Part shown: in pieces, positions 32,496-43,278 of the stretch | Layout of the letters: each line of letters opens with the position of its first letter | Numbering within the stretch: position 1 is the stretch's first letter | DNA from: a virus | Virus record (IMG/VR): IMGVR_UViG_3300021963_007714 | Coordinates: 32,001-96,000 of that record | DNA length: 64,000 nucleotides | Strand: one strand, 5' to 3' | Program-made: the position numbers and the translations under genes | Notes under the pieces: model-generated | What the model was told of the DNA's origin: nothing | Seen by the model: only the letters and a program-made list of their open reading frames with translations | Databases searched by the model: none

Positions 32496-34070
32496 ATGAA
32501 AACCGAAGATTTCAACAAAAAAATTGATAGTAAAAAGCTGAGAGAATCAATTTCCAAAAAATTTGGCGTTGAGCTTCAGTTTGATCATTATAATAGAGAA
32601 CAATTAGAAGATTATAGAAATAAACTTCGTACAAGAATTTTTCAAGCAGAAGGATCTTCAGGTATAAATGATTTACTCAATAACGAATCATATCAGAAAG
32701 ATAAAGCAATTTTACAATTGCTCAACACAAGGATTAAAGAGATGCTAGGCGAAGACCTTAAAAAATTAAGAGATAAAATTGATGCTTTGGAAGAAGCAAA
32801 AAAAGGTGTTCGCGCACCTAAATATACAAAGAAAGCCAAAGGTGCTAACGACGGCAATCTTGCTAATAATTATCCTCCATTTGATAAAGTTACCAGAGGC
32901 GATGTAATCGCTGGTGCTACTGGTAAAGATCAAAAGGGCGGCAATAAGAAAGATGTAAAAGCTGACGAAGGACGCCGTATTTCAGGCAAAGGCTATGACA
33001 ATCCTGAGCATGATAGTAAACCGCCAGAGGGCAAAGTTCCCTTTACCAGTTTCCATCAAGGCAAGCAAGGTGATCAAGCAGCAAGACTACATGCCACACA
33101 GGTCAAAGGTAAGTTGGTCAAGGGCAAGGCACAGAGCGCCAAGCAGGATGAGCCAGGTGTAAAAGAAGAAAAGTTTGATCCGTTAAAGCACGTTAAAAAT
33201 CCTACACCGGGTGAAAAGAAAGCCGCTAAAGATGTTAAACGTAGTAGCTATGCTGATCGTGCCGCAATGTTAAGATCAGCAGAAAAAGATGGACGCTTAA
33301 AAGAAGCCGATGACAAGTGTAATCACACACCAAAAGGTAAGAAATGTCCAGTCCATGGCCTAAAAGAGTGCGGCACAATGGAAGGCAAGGACGAAGGTAA
33401 GCCAGGCAAGAACTTTGCTAAGATCGCCAAGAAAGCAGGCGAGAAGTATGGCAGCAAGGCAGCAGGCGAGCGTGTAGCAGGCGCTGTCCGTCAAAAATTA
33501 AAGAAGGCTGGTAAGTTAGAAGAATCTAATCTAATCTTCAAGCGTAATGTTCGCACAGTGAACGAAAGCTTAGCCTATCTACTCAGTGAAAATGAAGAAG
33601 AAAAAGCAAAGAGCATCACAGCAGCTGGTGATATTGTAAATGATTTTACTAGTTGGATGCAGCGTGTAGGCCAATATCAAACCAAATCAATGATTGAACT
33701 TGCTGATAAGATTCGCAGTGATTTTGGTCCAGCAGAAGCTGAAGCATTTAAGCAGGCTGTAGGCCCAGCTCTAAGTGCAACATTAGAACTACTAACTCAA
33801 CAGCGTGAAATAATCAGTAACGCAGTAGCAGCACTGGCCGGAGAACAAATGCCTACAGAACCAATGGGCATGGAACCAGGAGCTGATATGTCTGAACCAG
33901 GAATGGACGCTGCTGAACCAGACATGATGAATGAACCACCTAGCGATGAGTTTGCCGCAGCAGACGCAGCAGCAGGCGGCGCTGAAGCAGCTGGTCGTGA
34001 AATGCGTGAAAGCAAGTTTGCTCGCAAACTGGCAGAAAGTCATAGCATTATCAGCAAACTAGCAAGATGA
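32496..34070 (+). CDS. Charged coiled-coil protein, putative prohead core/scaffold
   Basis: 524 aa, Lys/Glu rich, many LEE/LKE/VKE/xES motifs, acidic Pro/Met tail; TATAAATA at 32466. Confidence 0.5.
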   Translation: MKTEDFNKKIDSKKLRESISKKFGVELQFDHYNREQLEDYRNKLRTRIFQAEGSSGINDLLNNESYQKDKAILQLLNTRIKEMLGEDLKKLRDKIDALEEAKKGVRAPKYTKKAKGANDGNLANNYPPFDKVTRGDVIAGATGKDQKGGNKKDVKADEGRRISGKGYDNPEHDSKPPEGKVPFTSFHQGKQGDQAARLHATQVKGKLVKGKAQSAKQDEPGVKEEKFDPLKHVKNPTPGEKKAAKDVKRSSYADRAAMLRSAEKDGRLKEADDKCNHTPKGKKCPVHGLKECGTMEGKDEGKPGKNFAKIAKKAGEKYGSKAAGERVAGAVRQKLKKAGKLEESNLIFKRNVRTVNESLAYLLSENEEEKAKSITAAGDIVNDFTSWMQRVGQYQTKSMIELADKIRSDFGPAEAEAFKQAVGPALSATLELLTQQREIISNAVAALAGEQMPTEPMGMEPGADMSEPGMDAAEPDMMNEPPSDEFAAADAAAGGAEAAGREMRESKFARKLAESHSIISKLAR

Positions 34071-34426
34071 AAATTGTAGAGCTCTTTGAAGATCCAACTT
34101 ATGACGTTGGATCTCTTAGAAGTGCTTTGGCTGTAAGACAGGGCCAGGCTCGTAAATCAGGCCTGGCCAAAGAATTACCACTCAGTGTAATAAAAGATAT
34201 AGCTCGTGATCTAGGTATTAGTATCACTGACTTAGATACACTAAAACAATTCAAAGATAAAATTGATCCAGCTGGTGATGTTTTTGATATCACCGACCAA
34301 GGATCTATATTACTCAAAAATCCAGATAAATTAGCCCACTTAACCAAAGGTGGGGGTCCTAGTGTAGATGCAATGGCCAGCAGTAATGCTAAAACTATTG
34401 GATCTGCTCACGGCTCAAAAATTTGA
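34067..34426 (+). CDS. Hypothetical protein
   Basis: MKIVELFE N-terminus; ATGA overlap. Confidence 0.65.
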   Translation: MKIVELFEDPTYDVGSLRSALAVRQGQARKSGLAKELPLSVIKDIARDLGISITDLDTLKQFKDKIDPAGDVFDITDQGSILLKNPDKLAHLTKGGGPSVDAMASSNAKTIGSAHGSKI

Positions 34427-34450
34427 CATCTTAAAATTAATCTGTATAAT
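34423..34450 (+). promoter_or_regulatory. Sigma70-type promoter
   Basis: TTGACA-16 nt-TATAAT. Confidence 0.75.
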
Positions 34451-34460
34451 TATTAGGAAT

Positions 34461-35168
34461 ATGAATAATTATATCCCACCTCCCTTCGTCGAACGATTTC
34501 AATATAAAAATTGTAAACAAATAAATGATCCTGTAACTCGTAAACGTGTTTATCTAACACCAGACGGTGAAAGATTGCCCAGTGTAACAACCATACTGAG
34601 CGCAACCAAAGACATGACTGCACTAAATGAATGGCGTGATAGAATAGGACATGAAAAGGCTCAGCAGATTACCACAGAGGCTGCTGGCGTGGGCACAGCC
34701 ATGCACGGAAACTTGGAAAGATTTATAGCTGGTCTACAACGCCAACCCGGTAATAATCCAGTTCATGTTCAAGCCAACAAGATGGCTGATATAATTATTG
34801 AGAATGGTCTAAAGCATGTAAATGAAGTCTGGGCTATGGAACAGAGCTTATACTTTCCTGGACTTTATAGTGGAACCACTGACCTTGTTGGTGTGTTTAA
34901 AGGTAATCCTGCGGTAATGGATCATAAACAGACCAATAAACCTAAAAAAGAAGCCTGGATTGACGACTACAAAATACAACTTGTAGCTTATATCATGGCT
35001 CATAATACGGTTTATGGCACAGATATCAGAGAAGGACATGTATTCATGTGCTCTAGAGATCTTCAATATCAGCAATTCGATCTATGGCCTGACGAATATC
35101 TACATTGGCAAAACAAATGGTTAGACAAGGTTGAAGAGTTCTATAACTTAGAAAAGGCAAGAGCTTAA
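34461..35168 (+). CDS. PD-(D/E)XK exonuclease
   Basis: Start reassigned to ATG 34461; LPSVTTIL, GTAMH, E..L....YSGTTD...DHKQ, QLVAY. Confidence 0.8.
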   Translation: MNNYIPPPFVERFQYKNCKQINDPVTRKRVYLTPDGERLPSVTTILSATKDMTALNEWRDRIGHEKAQQITTEAAGVGTAMHGNLERFIAGLQRQPGNNPVHVQANKMADIIIENGLKHVNEVWAMEQSLYFPGLYSGTTDLVGVFKGNPAVMDHKQTNKPKKEAWIDDYKIQLVAYIMAHNTVYGTDIREGHVFMCSRDLQYQQFDLWPDEYLHWQNKWLDKVEEFYNLEKARA

Positions 35169-35212
35169 ACAACTTCTCTACTGATAAATATCCTATAAGG
35201 GGATATAATTCT

Positions 35213-37288
35213 ATGGCTGTGGTAGAGATCAGTAAACTTCAAGTCCGTCGCGGACAGGAAAACCAAACTGGTGTTCCAGTTTTAGACAGTGGTGAATTTG
35301 GCTGGGCCAGTGACACTGAAAACCTTTATATTGGCCTTAGACGAATTGACGGTGGCGCACGAGATGCCAATGTAAGGATTCTTACAGAAAATGACTTAAG
35401 AAATTTCTTTTCTTCTTCTAGTAATCTAACAGGCCTTAATACCAGCAGTATATATACCTTTAGAGACGGAACTGGTATTGCTACTACTACCACTGTTTTC
35501 AATCCTGTCCCTGCTGCAATATTAGAAGAATGGTCTAGAACAGTACAAAACAAATTAGACGACATCGTTAATGTAAAAGATTTCGGTGCTGCCGGAGATG
35601 GTCTAAATGATGATTCTGGTCCTATTCAAGCTGCTATAACCAGCTTGTTTTTATCAGATCGCTGGAGTGCTGATCTATCACTTTCTACAGGCACAGAAAA
35701 AGTTTTATATTTTCCTAAGGGCGATTATAGAATAAGTCAAAGGATTTATATACCCGGCAAAACGAAAATTGTTGGGGAGGGTAAGGATAGCACTTTTGTT
35801 ATTCAAACCAATAACAATGTCAGTTTTTTTGCTAGTGTAGGTAATGATGCGCAAACAAATCCTGGCACAGCAGATTTTTTCCCTGTGAATACTTTGGCTA
35901 GTCCTGATTATATCGGTATAGAGAAAATGACCCTTATTCACAAAGGTTCAAGCATCAGTTCCGGACAGCCTTTCATTCAATTAAATTGTTCTAGTCATAG
36001 CTATGTTCGTGATGTAAAAATGGTAGGACTTTATACAAGCACTACTACAGTGAGTGTTACATCATATGCGGGTATAGAACTGAGAGGATTAAGAGGGGCA
36101 GATAAATCACAACATATATCTATTGAGAATTGCGAATTTGAAAAACTATATACTGGAATTATAAGCAATTATGATATAGATCATATAGCAATTGATAATA
36201 ATTATTTTTATGATTTAGATAGGGCAGTGGTTTTTTGTGATACTCCTGCATATACAGATCCTATAAGTGGAGATACTCGACGATTTACTGATTACGGACC
36301 TCGTTTTGCTAAGATAACAAATAATTATTTTGATAACATTTTTAGACATGGAATTTATGTAGGCGCAGGTGGGGGTATTACTTCTACAATGACCGGTACA
36401 TATCATGTCAGTATGAATAATACCTTTGTAAAAGTTGGTAATATCGTTGATCATCTTATGACTAACGACACAGGAACGTCAGTAATAAAATTTATACCAA
36501 ATAATAATATCAGCAGGAATGATTATTTTTACAGATACGATTATGAATTAACCACTGTTGATGCCACGACTTCTACCTTTGTTCAACTAGTAGAAGGTAA
36601 TACTGCAATAGAAAGTGATGTGGTTAGAACTACAAGAGTTGCAGCGAATACTTCTGCTACAGCGATGTTATTGCCAATTACAGGAAATCCACAATATGTT
36701 ACAGTCAAGTATCATATGTATAATTTTGCTAGCGGTGGTGATCTAGTAGATCGTAGAGGCAACCTAGATATATATGTTAGTTCTGGAGCTGTACCTACTA
36801 TAAGTTTTACAGATAATTATAACTATTTTACCAATGATGCCAGTTCTTATTCAGATTGGATAACAAGCATCAACAGTTCGAAAAGATTTTATCAAATTAA
36901 GTTATGGAATAAATCACCTACTGGCACAGGCGCTACTTTTAATGTGACAAATAATAATGTTTTGAGCACTGGTACTTATAGCACAGTTACATTGGTATCA
37001 GGTGGAACTAACTACCAAGTAGGCGATGTTATAACCTTAGATGGCACATGGTTCGGTACAAGCACAGTATTCACGTACTCTACTACTACCAGCCTAAATT
37101 CTGTGTACGTAACGGTAACAGCACTTACAGGTTCTGCTGTGGCTTCAGGCGGATTTACATTTACCGGTATTGCTGCTACAATAACTAATACCACTACATT
37201 CTTTATCAGCACTTCTACAAACAGTCGTGCTGGTGGCGCTGGTAGTGCTTTATTTTTAGATCACCAATTGAGTATAATGACTGTTTAA
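35213..37288 (+). CDS. Tail fibre/spike with pectate-lyase-like beta-helix
   Basis: N-terminal QVRRG...GEFGWASDT..LYIG anchor; VNVKDFGAAGDG..DD..IQAAI..LYFPKG.Y. Confidence 0.75.
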   Translation: MAVVEISKLQVRRGQENQTGVPVLDSGEFGWASDTENLYIGLRRIDGGARDANVRILTENDLRNFFSSSSNLTGLNTSSIYTFRDGTGIATTTTVFNPVPAAILEEWSRTVQNKLDDIVNVKDFGAAGDGLNDDSGPIQAAITSLFLSDRWSADLSLSTGTEKVLYFPKGDYRISQRIYIPGKTKIVGEGKDSTFVIQTNNNVSFFASVGNDAQTNPGTADFFPVNTLASPDYIGIEKMTLIHKGSSISSGQPFIQLNCSSHSYVRDVKMVGLYTSTTTVSVTSYAGIELRGLRGADKSQHISIENCEFEKLYTGIISNYDIDHIAIDNNYFYDLDRAVVFCDTPAYTDPISGDTRRFTDYGPRFAKITNNYFDNIFRHGIYVGAGGGITSTMTGTYHVSMNNTFVKVGNIVDHLMTNDTGTSVIKFIPNNNISRNDYFYRYDYELTTVDATTSTFVQLVEGNTAIESDVVRTTRVAANTSATAMLLPITGNPQYVTVKYHMYNFASGGDLVDRRGNLDIYVSSGAVPTISFTDNYNYFTNDASSYSDWITSINSSKRFYQIKLWNKSPTGTGATFNVTNNNVLSTGTYSTVTLVSGGTNYQVGDVITLDGTWFGTSTVFTYSTTTSLNSVYVTVTALTGSAVASGGFTFTGIAATITNTTTFFISTSTNSRAGGAGSALFLDHQLSIMTV

Positions 37289-37722
37289 TGTTTAAGTTGG
37301 ACCTAGACCAAAGACTAGATTTTTGGTTGAATTTTAGAAGAACATTTGATAATACTAAAGATCCTCTACAAGAGGTTAGTAATCTTTGGGTTTCCGCCCC
37401 TTTTATACCAAAAAATCATAAAATTGATCCATTTAATAGCCAAAGCTGGCCTACACCATGGGAAATCGTTTCAGAAAATAGATATGATGATTTCACTAGA
37501 GCCTTAATGATAGGCTGGACATTAAAATTGAGCAAAAAATATTGTGATTCCAATATAATAATTAAAACTTATATAGACAAAGAGAGACAAAGAGAATATA
37601 ATATGGTCTGTATAGATGATATCTGGGTGCTTAATTATAGTGATCATGGTCCTGTAGGCATTGAATCTATTCCTGAATCGTTTAGGCTGGAAAACCTTAT
37701 AGAACTTCAGGCACCGAGGTAA
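37288..37722 (+). CDS. Hypothetical phage protein
   Basis: 144 aa, TAATG overlap, WPTPWE motif. Confidence 0.7.
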   Translation: MFKLDLDQRLDFWLNFRRTFDNTKDPLQEVSNLWVSAPFIPKNHKIDPFNSQSWPTPWEIVSENRYDDFTRALMIGWTLKLSKKYCDSNIIIKTYIDKERQREYNMVCIDDIWVLNYSDHGPVGIESIPESFRLENLIELQAPR

Positions 37723-37754
37723 ATATCTCATCCAAACAAAAAGAGGTAGGTTCT

Positions 37755-40070
37755 ATGATCACAGTGGTCAAGAGGAACGGGGATCGTGTTCCCCTAGATA
37801 TTAGTAAGATACAGAGACAGGTAGCAAATGCGTGTAAGGGCATAGACGGTGTGAGCCCAAGCATGATAGAAATTAAGGCACAGATTGAATTACATGATGG
37901 AATGACCACAAAAACCATAGATGAATTGCTACTAAAGGCTATGGTCAATCTCATAGATGAATCAGAAAATCCAGAAATAAACAATGTTAACTATCAATAT
38001 GTAGCAGGTCGCCAGCGTGTCAGTATGCTGCGAAAAGAAGTTTATGGAAAGTATGAACCAGATAGTCTTTATGAAATCGTCAAAAGAAACGTAGAGTTTG
38101 GTATGTATACTGCTGATCTTCTTTCATGGTACAGCGAAGAGGATTGGAAAACCATTGAGTACTTTATTGATCATGATAAAGACCAAAATTATACCTATGC
38201 GGCAATAGCACAACTTTGTGAAAAATATCTTGTACAAAATCGTGCCACAGGGCAAATTTTCGAAACCCCTCAGATACGATATGCCATTGCCGCTGCTACT
38301 GCTTTTCACAACGAACCAAAAGATCGTAGATTAAAGTATGTAAAGGACTATTATGAGTGCGCTTCAGATGGTCATTTCACTCTTGCCACCCCTGTGCTTG
38401 CTGGGCTTGGCACTACTACTAAACAGTTCAGCTCTTGCGTTCTTATCAGTAGTGATGATACCCTTGATAGCATATTCGCTGCTGGCGAAATGATGGCCAA
38501 GTATGCTAGTAAACGTGCTGGCATTGGTTTGGAAATTGGTCGTATCCGCCCACTTGGTGCCCCCATTCGTAATGGCGAAATCAAGCACACAGGAATGATC
38601 CCATTTCTAAAGAAATGGTTTAGCGATCTACGCAGTTGTAGCCAAGGTGGAATACGTAATGCAAGTTGTACGGTAACTTTTCCCATCTGGCACTATCAAT
38701 TTGAAGATCTTATTGTGCTAAAGAATAATCAGGGCACAGAAGAAACTCGTGTGCGCCAAATGGATTACTCAGTTGTGGTAAATTCTCTATTTTGGAATCG
38801 GTTTAAGAATAAAGAAAATATTACATTATTGGATCCACACGAAGTCCCAGATTTATATGAAGCATACTACAGAGACAGCAAAGAATTTGAAAAACTATAT
38901 CTACGCTATGAGCAAGATAAGACAAAAAAGAAAAAAGTATTATCAGCGGATGAGATATTCAAAAATGGAATTCTTAAGGAAAGAACTGACACTGGTAGAA
39001 TATACCTTGTCAATATTGACAACGTCATCCAACAAGGGCCCTTTGATACAAGCACTGACCCGATATATCAATCAAATCTATGCCAGGAGATACTACTACC
39101 CACGAAACCTTTCCAAAGAATTGAAGACGCTAATGGACGAATTGCTCTTTGCACACTTGGGTCGATTAACTGGGGTTCATTCCGTGGTCCGCAGGATATG
39201 CGCAAGGCCTGTAGGATCCTGGTAAGAAGTCTCAGTAATCTACTCAGCTATCAAGACTTTCTATCTGTACAAAGTCAATTGGCTAACGAAGACTTTGAAC
39301 CATTGGGTGTAGGTATTACTAATTTAGCCTATTGGCACGCACGTAAAGGACTAAGGTACGGAGAAAAGGACAGTCTTGCAGAGGTTAGGCGTTGGATGGA
39401 ACATCAGGCATTCTATCTTACAGAGATCAGTGTAGAGCTAGCAGAAGAAAGAGGTGCCTGTAAACGCAGTCAATATAGCTTTTATGGCAAAGGCGTATTT
39501 CCTTGGGAAAGAAGAAATAAAAATGTAGATGAACTTACAGATTTTAAGCCTTCTCTAGATTGGGAACCTCTTAGGGTGAAAATGAAGAAACATGGTATTA
39601 GGAATGGTACCTTAATGGCTGTAGCCCCAGTTGAATCTAGTTCTGTTGTACTAAACAGCACTAATGGCATTGAAATGCCTATGGAACTAATTAGTGTAAA
39701 AGAAAGTAAGGCAGGCAGTTTCGTACAGGTAGTACCAGAATATAGAAGATTAAAAAATAGATATGAATTGATGTGGGAACAAAAAGACTGCCTAGGTTAT
39801 CTAAAAACCGCCGCGGTTTTGGCAGCATATATAGATCAAAGTCTTAGCACAAATACTTTTTATAATCCAGCACACTTTGTTAGCGGCAAGGTGCCAGCTA
39901 CCCTTGTTGCTAAAAATCTAATGCTGGCCTATAAGTGGGGAATCAAAACCATATACTATAGTTTAATTAACAAGGTTGGGGCCAAGAGTGATGTAATCAC
40001 AGCTACAACTATTAAGAGCGTTATTGAACTAGACGAATCGGAAGAAAATTGTGAGGCATGTGTACTATGA
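37755..40070 (+). CDS. nrdA: Ribonucleotide reductase class Ia alpha subunit
   Basis: N-terminal ATP cone (VVKRNG), SSC, SNLCQEI, C-terminal CEAC. Confidence 0.95.
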   Translation: MITVVKRNGDRVPLDISKIQRQVANACKGIDGVSPSMIEIKAQIELHDGMTTKTIDELLLKAMVNLIDESENPEINNVNYQYVAGRQRVSMLRKEVYGKYEPDSLYEIVKRNVEFGMYTADLLSWYSEEDWKTIEYFIDHDKDQNYTYAAIAQLCEKYLVQNRATGQIFETPQIRYAIAAATAFHNEPKDRRLKYVKDYYECASDGHFTLATPVLAGLGTTTKQFSSCVLISSDDTLDSIFAAGEMMAKYASKRAGIGLEIGRIRPLGAPIRNGEIKHTGMIPFLKKWFSDLRSCSQGGIRNASCTVTFPIWHYQFEDLIVLKNNQGTEETRVRQMDYSVVVNSLFWNRFKNKENITLLDPHEVPDLYEAYYRDSKEFEKLYLRYEQDKTKKKKVLSADEIFKNGILKERTDTGRIYLVNIDNVIQQGPFDTSTDPIYQSNLCQEILLPTKPFQRIEDANGRIALCTLGSINWGSFRGPQDMRKACRILVRSLSNLLSYQDFLSVQSQLANEDFEPLGVGITNLAYWHARKGLRYGEKDSLAEVRRWMEHQAFYLTEISVELAEERGACKRSQYSFYGKGVFPWERRNKNVDELTDFKPSLDWEPLRVKMKKHGIRNGTLMAVAPVESSSVVLNSTNGIEMPMELISVKESKAGSFVQVVPEYRRLKNRYELMWEQKDCLGYLKTAAVLAAYIDQSLSTNTFYNPAHFVSGKVPATLVAKNLMLAYKWGIKTIYYSLINKVGAKSDVITATTIKSVIELDESEENCEACVL

Positions 40071-40303
40071 TAGAAGAACAAATTGAAGACGGTACCCCTA
40101 AACGGGACGTAATAACTAAATGGCTTGCCTATTATGGCATCCATGAATATGTAGAAATAGAAGATGAGGCTCTAGACTTTTTATGTATGGCTCTAATGAA
40201 GCCTGATGTCAAGGCCGTTAGGTTAAACGGAGAAGGTGGTATCGTAATAGAATATGATGAAGATAACCCATGGGATACAGAATATGTCACACGACCAGTA
40301 TAA
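40067..40303 (+). CDS. Small acidic protein between nrdA and nrdB
   Basis: ATGA overlap with nrdA stop, GAGG RBS; overlaps the nrdB start. Confidence 0.55.
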   Translation: MIEEQIEDGTPKRDVITKWLAYYGIHEYVEIEDEALDFLCMALMKPDVKAVRLNGEGGIVIEYDEDNPWDTEYVTRPV

Positions 40304-41384
40304 TATAAAAAAACAAACGAACTATCTTAAACGAAAAATGTTTCTGGACCCAGAAGGCCCAGTCACAGTTCAACGATTTGAAGAAGTCAAATACCCAAAG
40401 ATACAAAAGTTTGAAGAATTAGCCAGAGGTTTTTTTTGGGTACCTGAAGAGGTCAGTTTAACCAAGGACAAAATTGATTTCAAAGAATCCAGTGATGCTG
40501 TACGTCATATCTTTACCAGCAACCTACTTCGACAAACCGCTCTAGATAGCATTCAGGGCAGAGCGCCTAGTCAGATTTTTTCACCGGTGATTAGCTTGCC
40601 TGAACTAGAAGCACTAGTTAGTAATTGGAGTTTTTTCGAAACCAATATTCACAGCAAGAGCTATAGTCACATTATCAGAAATGTCTACGGTGTACCTAAA
40701 GAAGTTTTCAATACTATTCATGACACCACTGAAATCGTTGACATGGCGGCTAGTGTAGGAAGGTATTATGACAAGTTACATTTATTAAACTGTAATAAGG
40801 AAGCCGGACTCTATGTGAACGAGGTTGAACATATTAAAGCAATCTGGTTAGCCCTAAATGCCAGCTATGCCCTAGAGGCACTACGCTTTATGGTGTCATT
40901 TGCAACCAGTCTTGCTATGGTAGAAAACCGTATTTTTATTGGTAATGGAAACATTATCAGCTTAATCTTACAGGACGAACTATTACACACAGAATGGACA
41001 GCTCATTTGATCAATCAAGTGGTTAAAGATGATCAAAGATTTTCCAATATTGTTGACGAATGCCGTAGCGAAGTTTATAACATGTATATGGATGTGATTA
41101 AGGAAGAAAAAGCATGGGCAGATTATTTGTTTAGCAAGGGTGTGGTAATCGGATTGAATCCTCAAATTCTCAAGGATTTTGTAGATTATACTGCTTTTGT
41201 GAGACTGAAAGATATTGGCATTAAGTACAATGAAGAACATCCCAAAACCAGTCCTATTCCATGGTTCAACAAACATGTCAATATTAATAAGAAACAGACA
41301 GCACTTCAAGAAAATGAATCAACTAATTATGTTATCGGAGTAATGAGCGACGTAATTGAATATGATGCCCTACCCGCACTATAA
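40284..41384 (+). CDS. nrdB: Ribonucleotide reductase class Ia beta subunit
   Basis: FFWVPEEV, QTALDSIQGR, ETNIHSKSY (radical Tyr), DELLH, QENE..NY; start reassigned to MSHDQY. Confidence 0.95.
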   Translation: MSHDQYNIKKQTNYLKRKMFLDPEGPVTVQRFEEVKYPKIQKFEELARGFFWVPEEVSLTKDKIDFKESSDAVRHIFTSNLLRQTALDSIQGRAPSQIFSPVISLPELEALVSNWSFFETNIHSKSYSHIIRNVYGVPKEVFNTIHDTTEIVDMAASVGRYYDKLHLLNCNKEAGLYVNEVEHIKAIWLALNASYALEALRFMVSFATSLAMVENRIFIGNGNIISLILQDELLHTEWTAHLINQVVKDDQRFSNIVDECRSEVYNMYMDVIKEEKAWADYLFSKGVVIGLNPQILKDFVDYTAFVRLKDIGIKYNEEHPKTSPIPWFNKHVNINKKQTALQENESTNYVIGVMSDVIEYDALPAL

Positions 41385-41395
41385 GGAGAATAATA

Positions 41396-41632
41396 ATGAA
41401 GGCAATTGTATGGAGTAAATATCACTGTAGCTTTTGTGATCAGGCAATGATGTTATTAAAGCAGCGTGGCATGGAAATCGAAGAACGTAAAATAGGTGAT
41501 GGTTGGTCAAAAGAAGAATTATTAGAGGCTGTGCCCACAGCAAGAACAGTACCACAGATCTTTATAGACGATCGACTTATTGGTGGCTATACAGAATTAA
41601 AACAATATCTATTAGAGGCAGCTAATGGATAA
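41396..41632 (+). CDS. Glutaredoxin
   Basis: CSFC, TVPQIF, GGY. Confidence 0.9.
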   Translation: MKAIVWSKYHCSFCDQAMMLLKQRGMEIEERKIGDGWSKEELLEAVPTARTVPQIFIDDRLIGGYTELKQYLLEAANG

Positions 41633-42110
41633 TAATGAGGAAAAATTAACGATCTCAGCAAGTGATGATATGTCATCGCCTGTTATATCTGCTCTAGATA
41701 CAGAACAAATAAAACCATTGGATTTTTCCGATCTCAACCTTGATACTATCAGCATAGATACATCTCTCAACGCCTATTCAACTGCTATTTCAGGAGCAGG
41801 ACAGTATGGGGCTGCTGGTAATTATGTCCTTAGCACGAACGGAACTAATCCTGGTTGGAATCCTCTCAGTTGGCCATCAATCACTAATAGTGGATCCACA
41901 ATAGACAACTCATTGTCAGTTAAAGGTGATGCAGAGTTTGACGGTGATGTAAAAATTAAAGGTCATAGTATATTACATCTACTTAAAAAGATTGAAGATA
42001 GGTTAGCAGTTTTACAAGAACCTAATCCGGAAAAACTTGAAAAATTCGCAGCCTTGAAAAAAGCCTACGATCACTACAAAACTCTAGAAAGGCTTATAGG
42101 TGAGGAATAA
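41625..42110 (+). CDS. Hypothetical phage protein
   Basis: 161 aa; VKGDAEFDGDVKIKG then helical C-terminus. Confidence 0.7.
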   Translation: MDNNEEKLTISASDDMSSPVISALDTEQIKPLDFSDLNLDTISIDTSLNAYSTAISGAGQYGAAGNYVLSTNGTNPGWNPLSWPSITNSGSTIDNSLSVKGDAEFDGDVKIKGHSILHLLKKIEDRLAVLQEPNPEKLEKFAALKKAYDHYKTLERLIGEE

Positions 42111-42400
42111 TGTTAATTAACAAAGGATTTAAAACCGGCGATATCATTACTATAAAATTAATAAATGGTGATGAAATAATAGCCAGATATGAAAATGAAA
42201 CTATTGATGAAGTTTCTATAAACAGACCTTTGGCTTTAACATTAGGAGGCGGTGGTGGATTAGGTATGATTCCTTGGGTGTTTTTAAGCGACAAACAAGA
42301 CTACAATCTAAAAAAAAGCCACATGTTTGTTATGGTTCCCAGTAAGGCTGATGCTGCTAAACAATATATGCAGGGAACTACAGGAATAGCATTAGGATAA
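42110..42400 (+). CDS. Sm-like domain protein
   Basis: IITIKLINGDEIIAR...RPL...MIPW...QY. Confidence 0.6.
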   Translation: MLINKGFKTGDIITIKLINGDEIIARYENETIDEVSINRPLALTLGGGGGLGMIPWVFLSDKQDYNLKKSHMFVMVPSKADAAKQYMQGTTGIALG

Positions 42401-42404
42401 AATT

Positions 42405-43259
42405 ATGCCGTATATACCCGGTGATGGCAAAATTAAAGATGTATTCAATAGCAGCGATGTATATGTTAATAACGTCCCTGTAGCATTATGGTTGCAAGCT
42501 GGAACCAGCTCTGCCTATGCCAATGTAAATGCAGATGGAGCTAGTGCATTAGTAAATTCTAGTGTAGTTACCGTTACTAAGGGAAATACAGATAGTCTAT
42601 TAGCACAACAACAATCTAATCCCAACGGACCTAATAGTTTTTACAATGGTAATGCTGCAGCAGATGGTGTAAAAGGCAACTATAGTCCAGTTGAAGATGG
42701 TGTAGATGTGACACCTATAACAGGAACCACCGGCACTACGACTAGCACTACAGCAACAACAGGTCTTTTACTACTTCTAAGAAATGTATTAGGAGAAGCT
42801 AGTAGAGGATTATGGAGAGAAACTGGACAGGGAGGTGCAGCCAGTAACCCAAACATAACAGGTATATGGCCAAAGCTAGGATTCGGATCTGCCAGTCCTT
42901 GGAATACAGACCAAACAGCATGGTGTATGGGCTTTGTAAATTATTGCCTAATGGCAAGTGGCAACAAATTTGTAAAAACTGCTTCTGCTGCTGCGATTAC
43001 TCAAAATCCTGCTGCATGGGGTGCTGTAAGTGTTCCTAAAGATCAAGCTCAACCGGGTGATATTGCTTTTTGGAGTTATAGGCATGTGAATTTTGTCTAC
43101 ACAGCCGCAGGAGGTAGATACACATTTATAGGTGGTAACCAAAGTCCTAGGGCTAGTAATAACCCTAACGATGGGGATGTTACGCAAAGTTATCCAAATG
43201 GCGCTCCTGCGAGCACACCTACCTGGATAGGTTGCTATCGTATAAATGGACTAAAGTAG
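42405..43259 (+). CDS. CHAP/NlpC-P60-like cell-wall hydrolase (TIGR02594-like)
   Basis: DQTAWCMGFVNYCL, PGDIAFW..HVNFV, GGNQ. Confidence 0.75.
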   Translation: MPYIPGDGKIKDVFNSSDVYVNNVPVALWLQAGTSSAYANVNADGASALVNSSVVTVTKGNTDSLLAQQQSNPNGPNSFYNGNAAADGVKGNYSPVEDGVDVTPITGTTGTTTSTTATTGLLLLLRNVLGEASRGLWRETGQGGAASNPNITGIWPKLGFGSASPWNTDQTAWCMGFVNYCLMASGNKFVKTASAAAITQNPAAWGAVSVPKDQAQPGDIAFWSYRHVNFVYTAAGGRYTFIGGNQSPRASNNPNDGDVTQSYPNGAPASTPTWIGCYRINGLK

Positions 43260-43278
43260 TGGCATAAAAGCCACGCTA

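Noticed and set aside
37755-41384. Introns or inteins in nrdA/nrdB
   Set aside because: Both ORFs are continuous and of normal length
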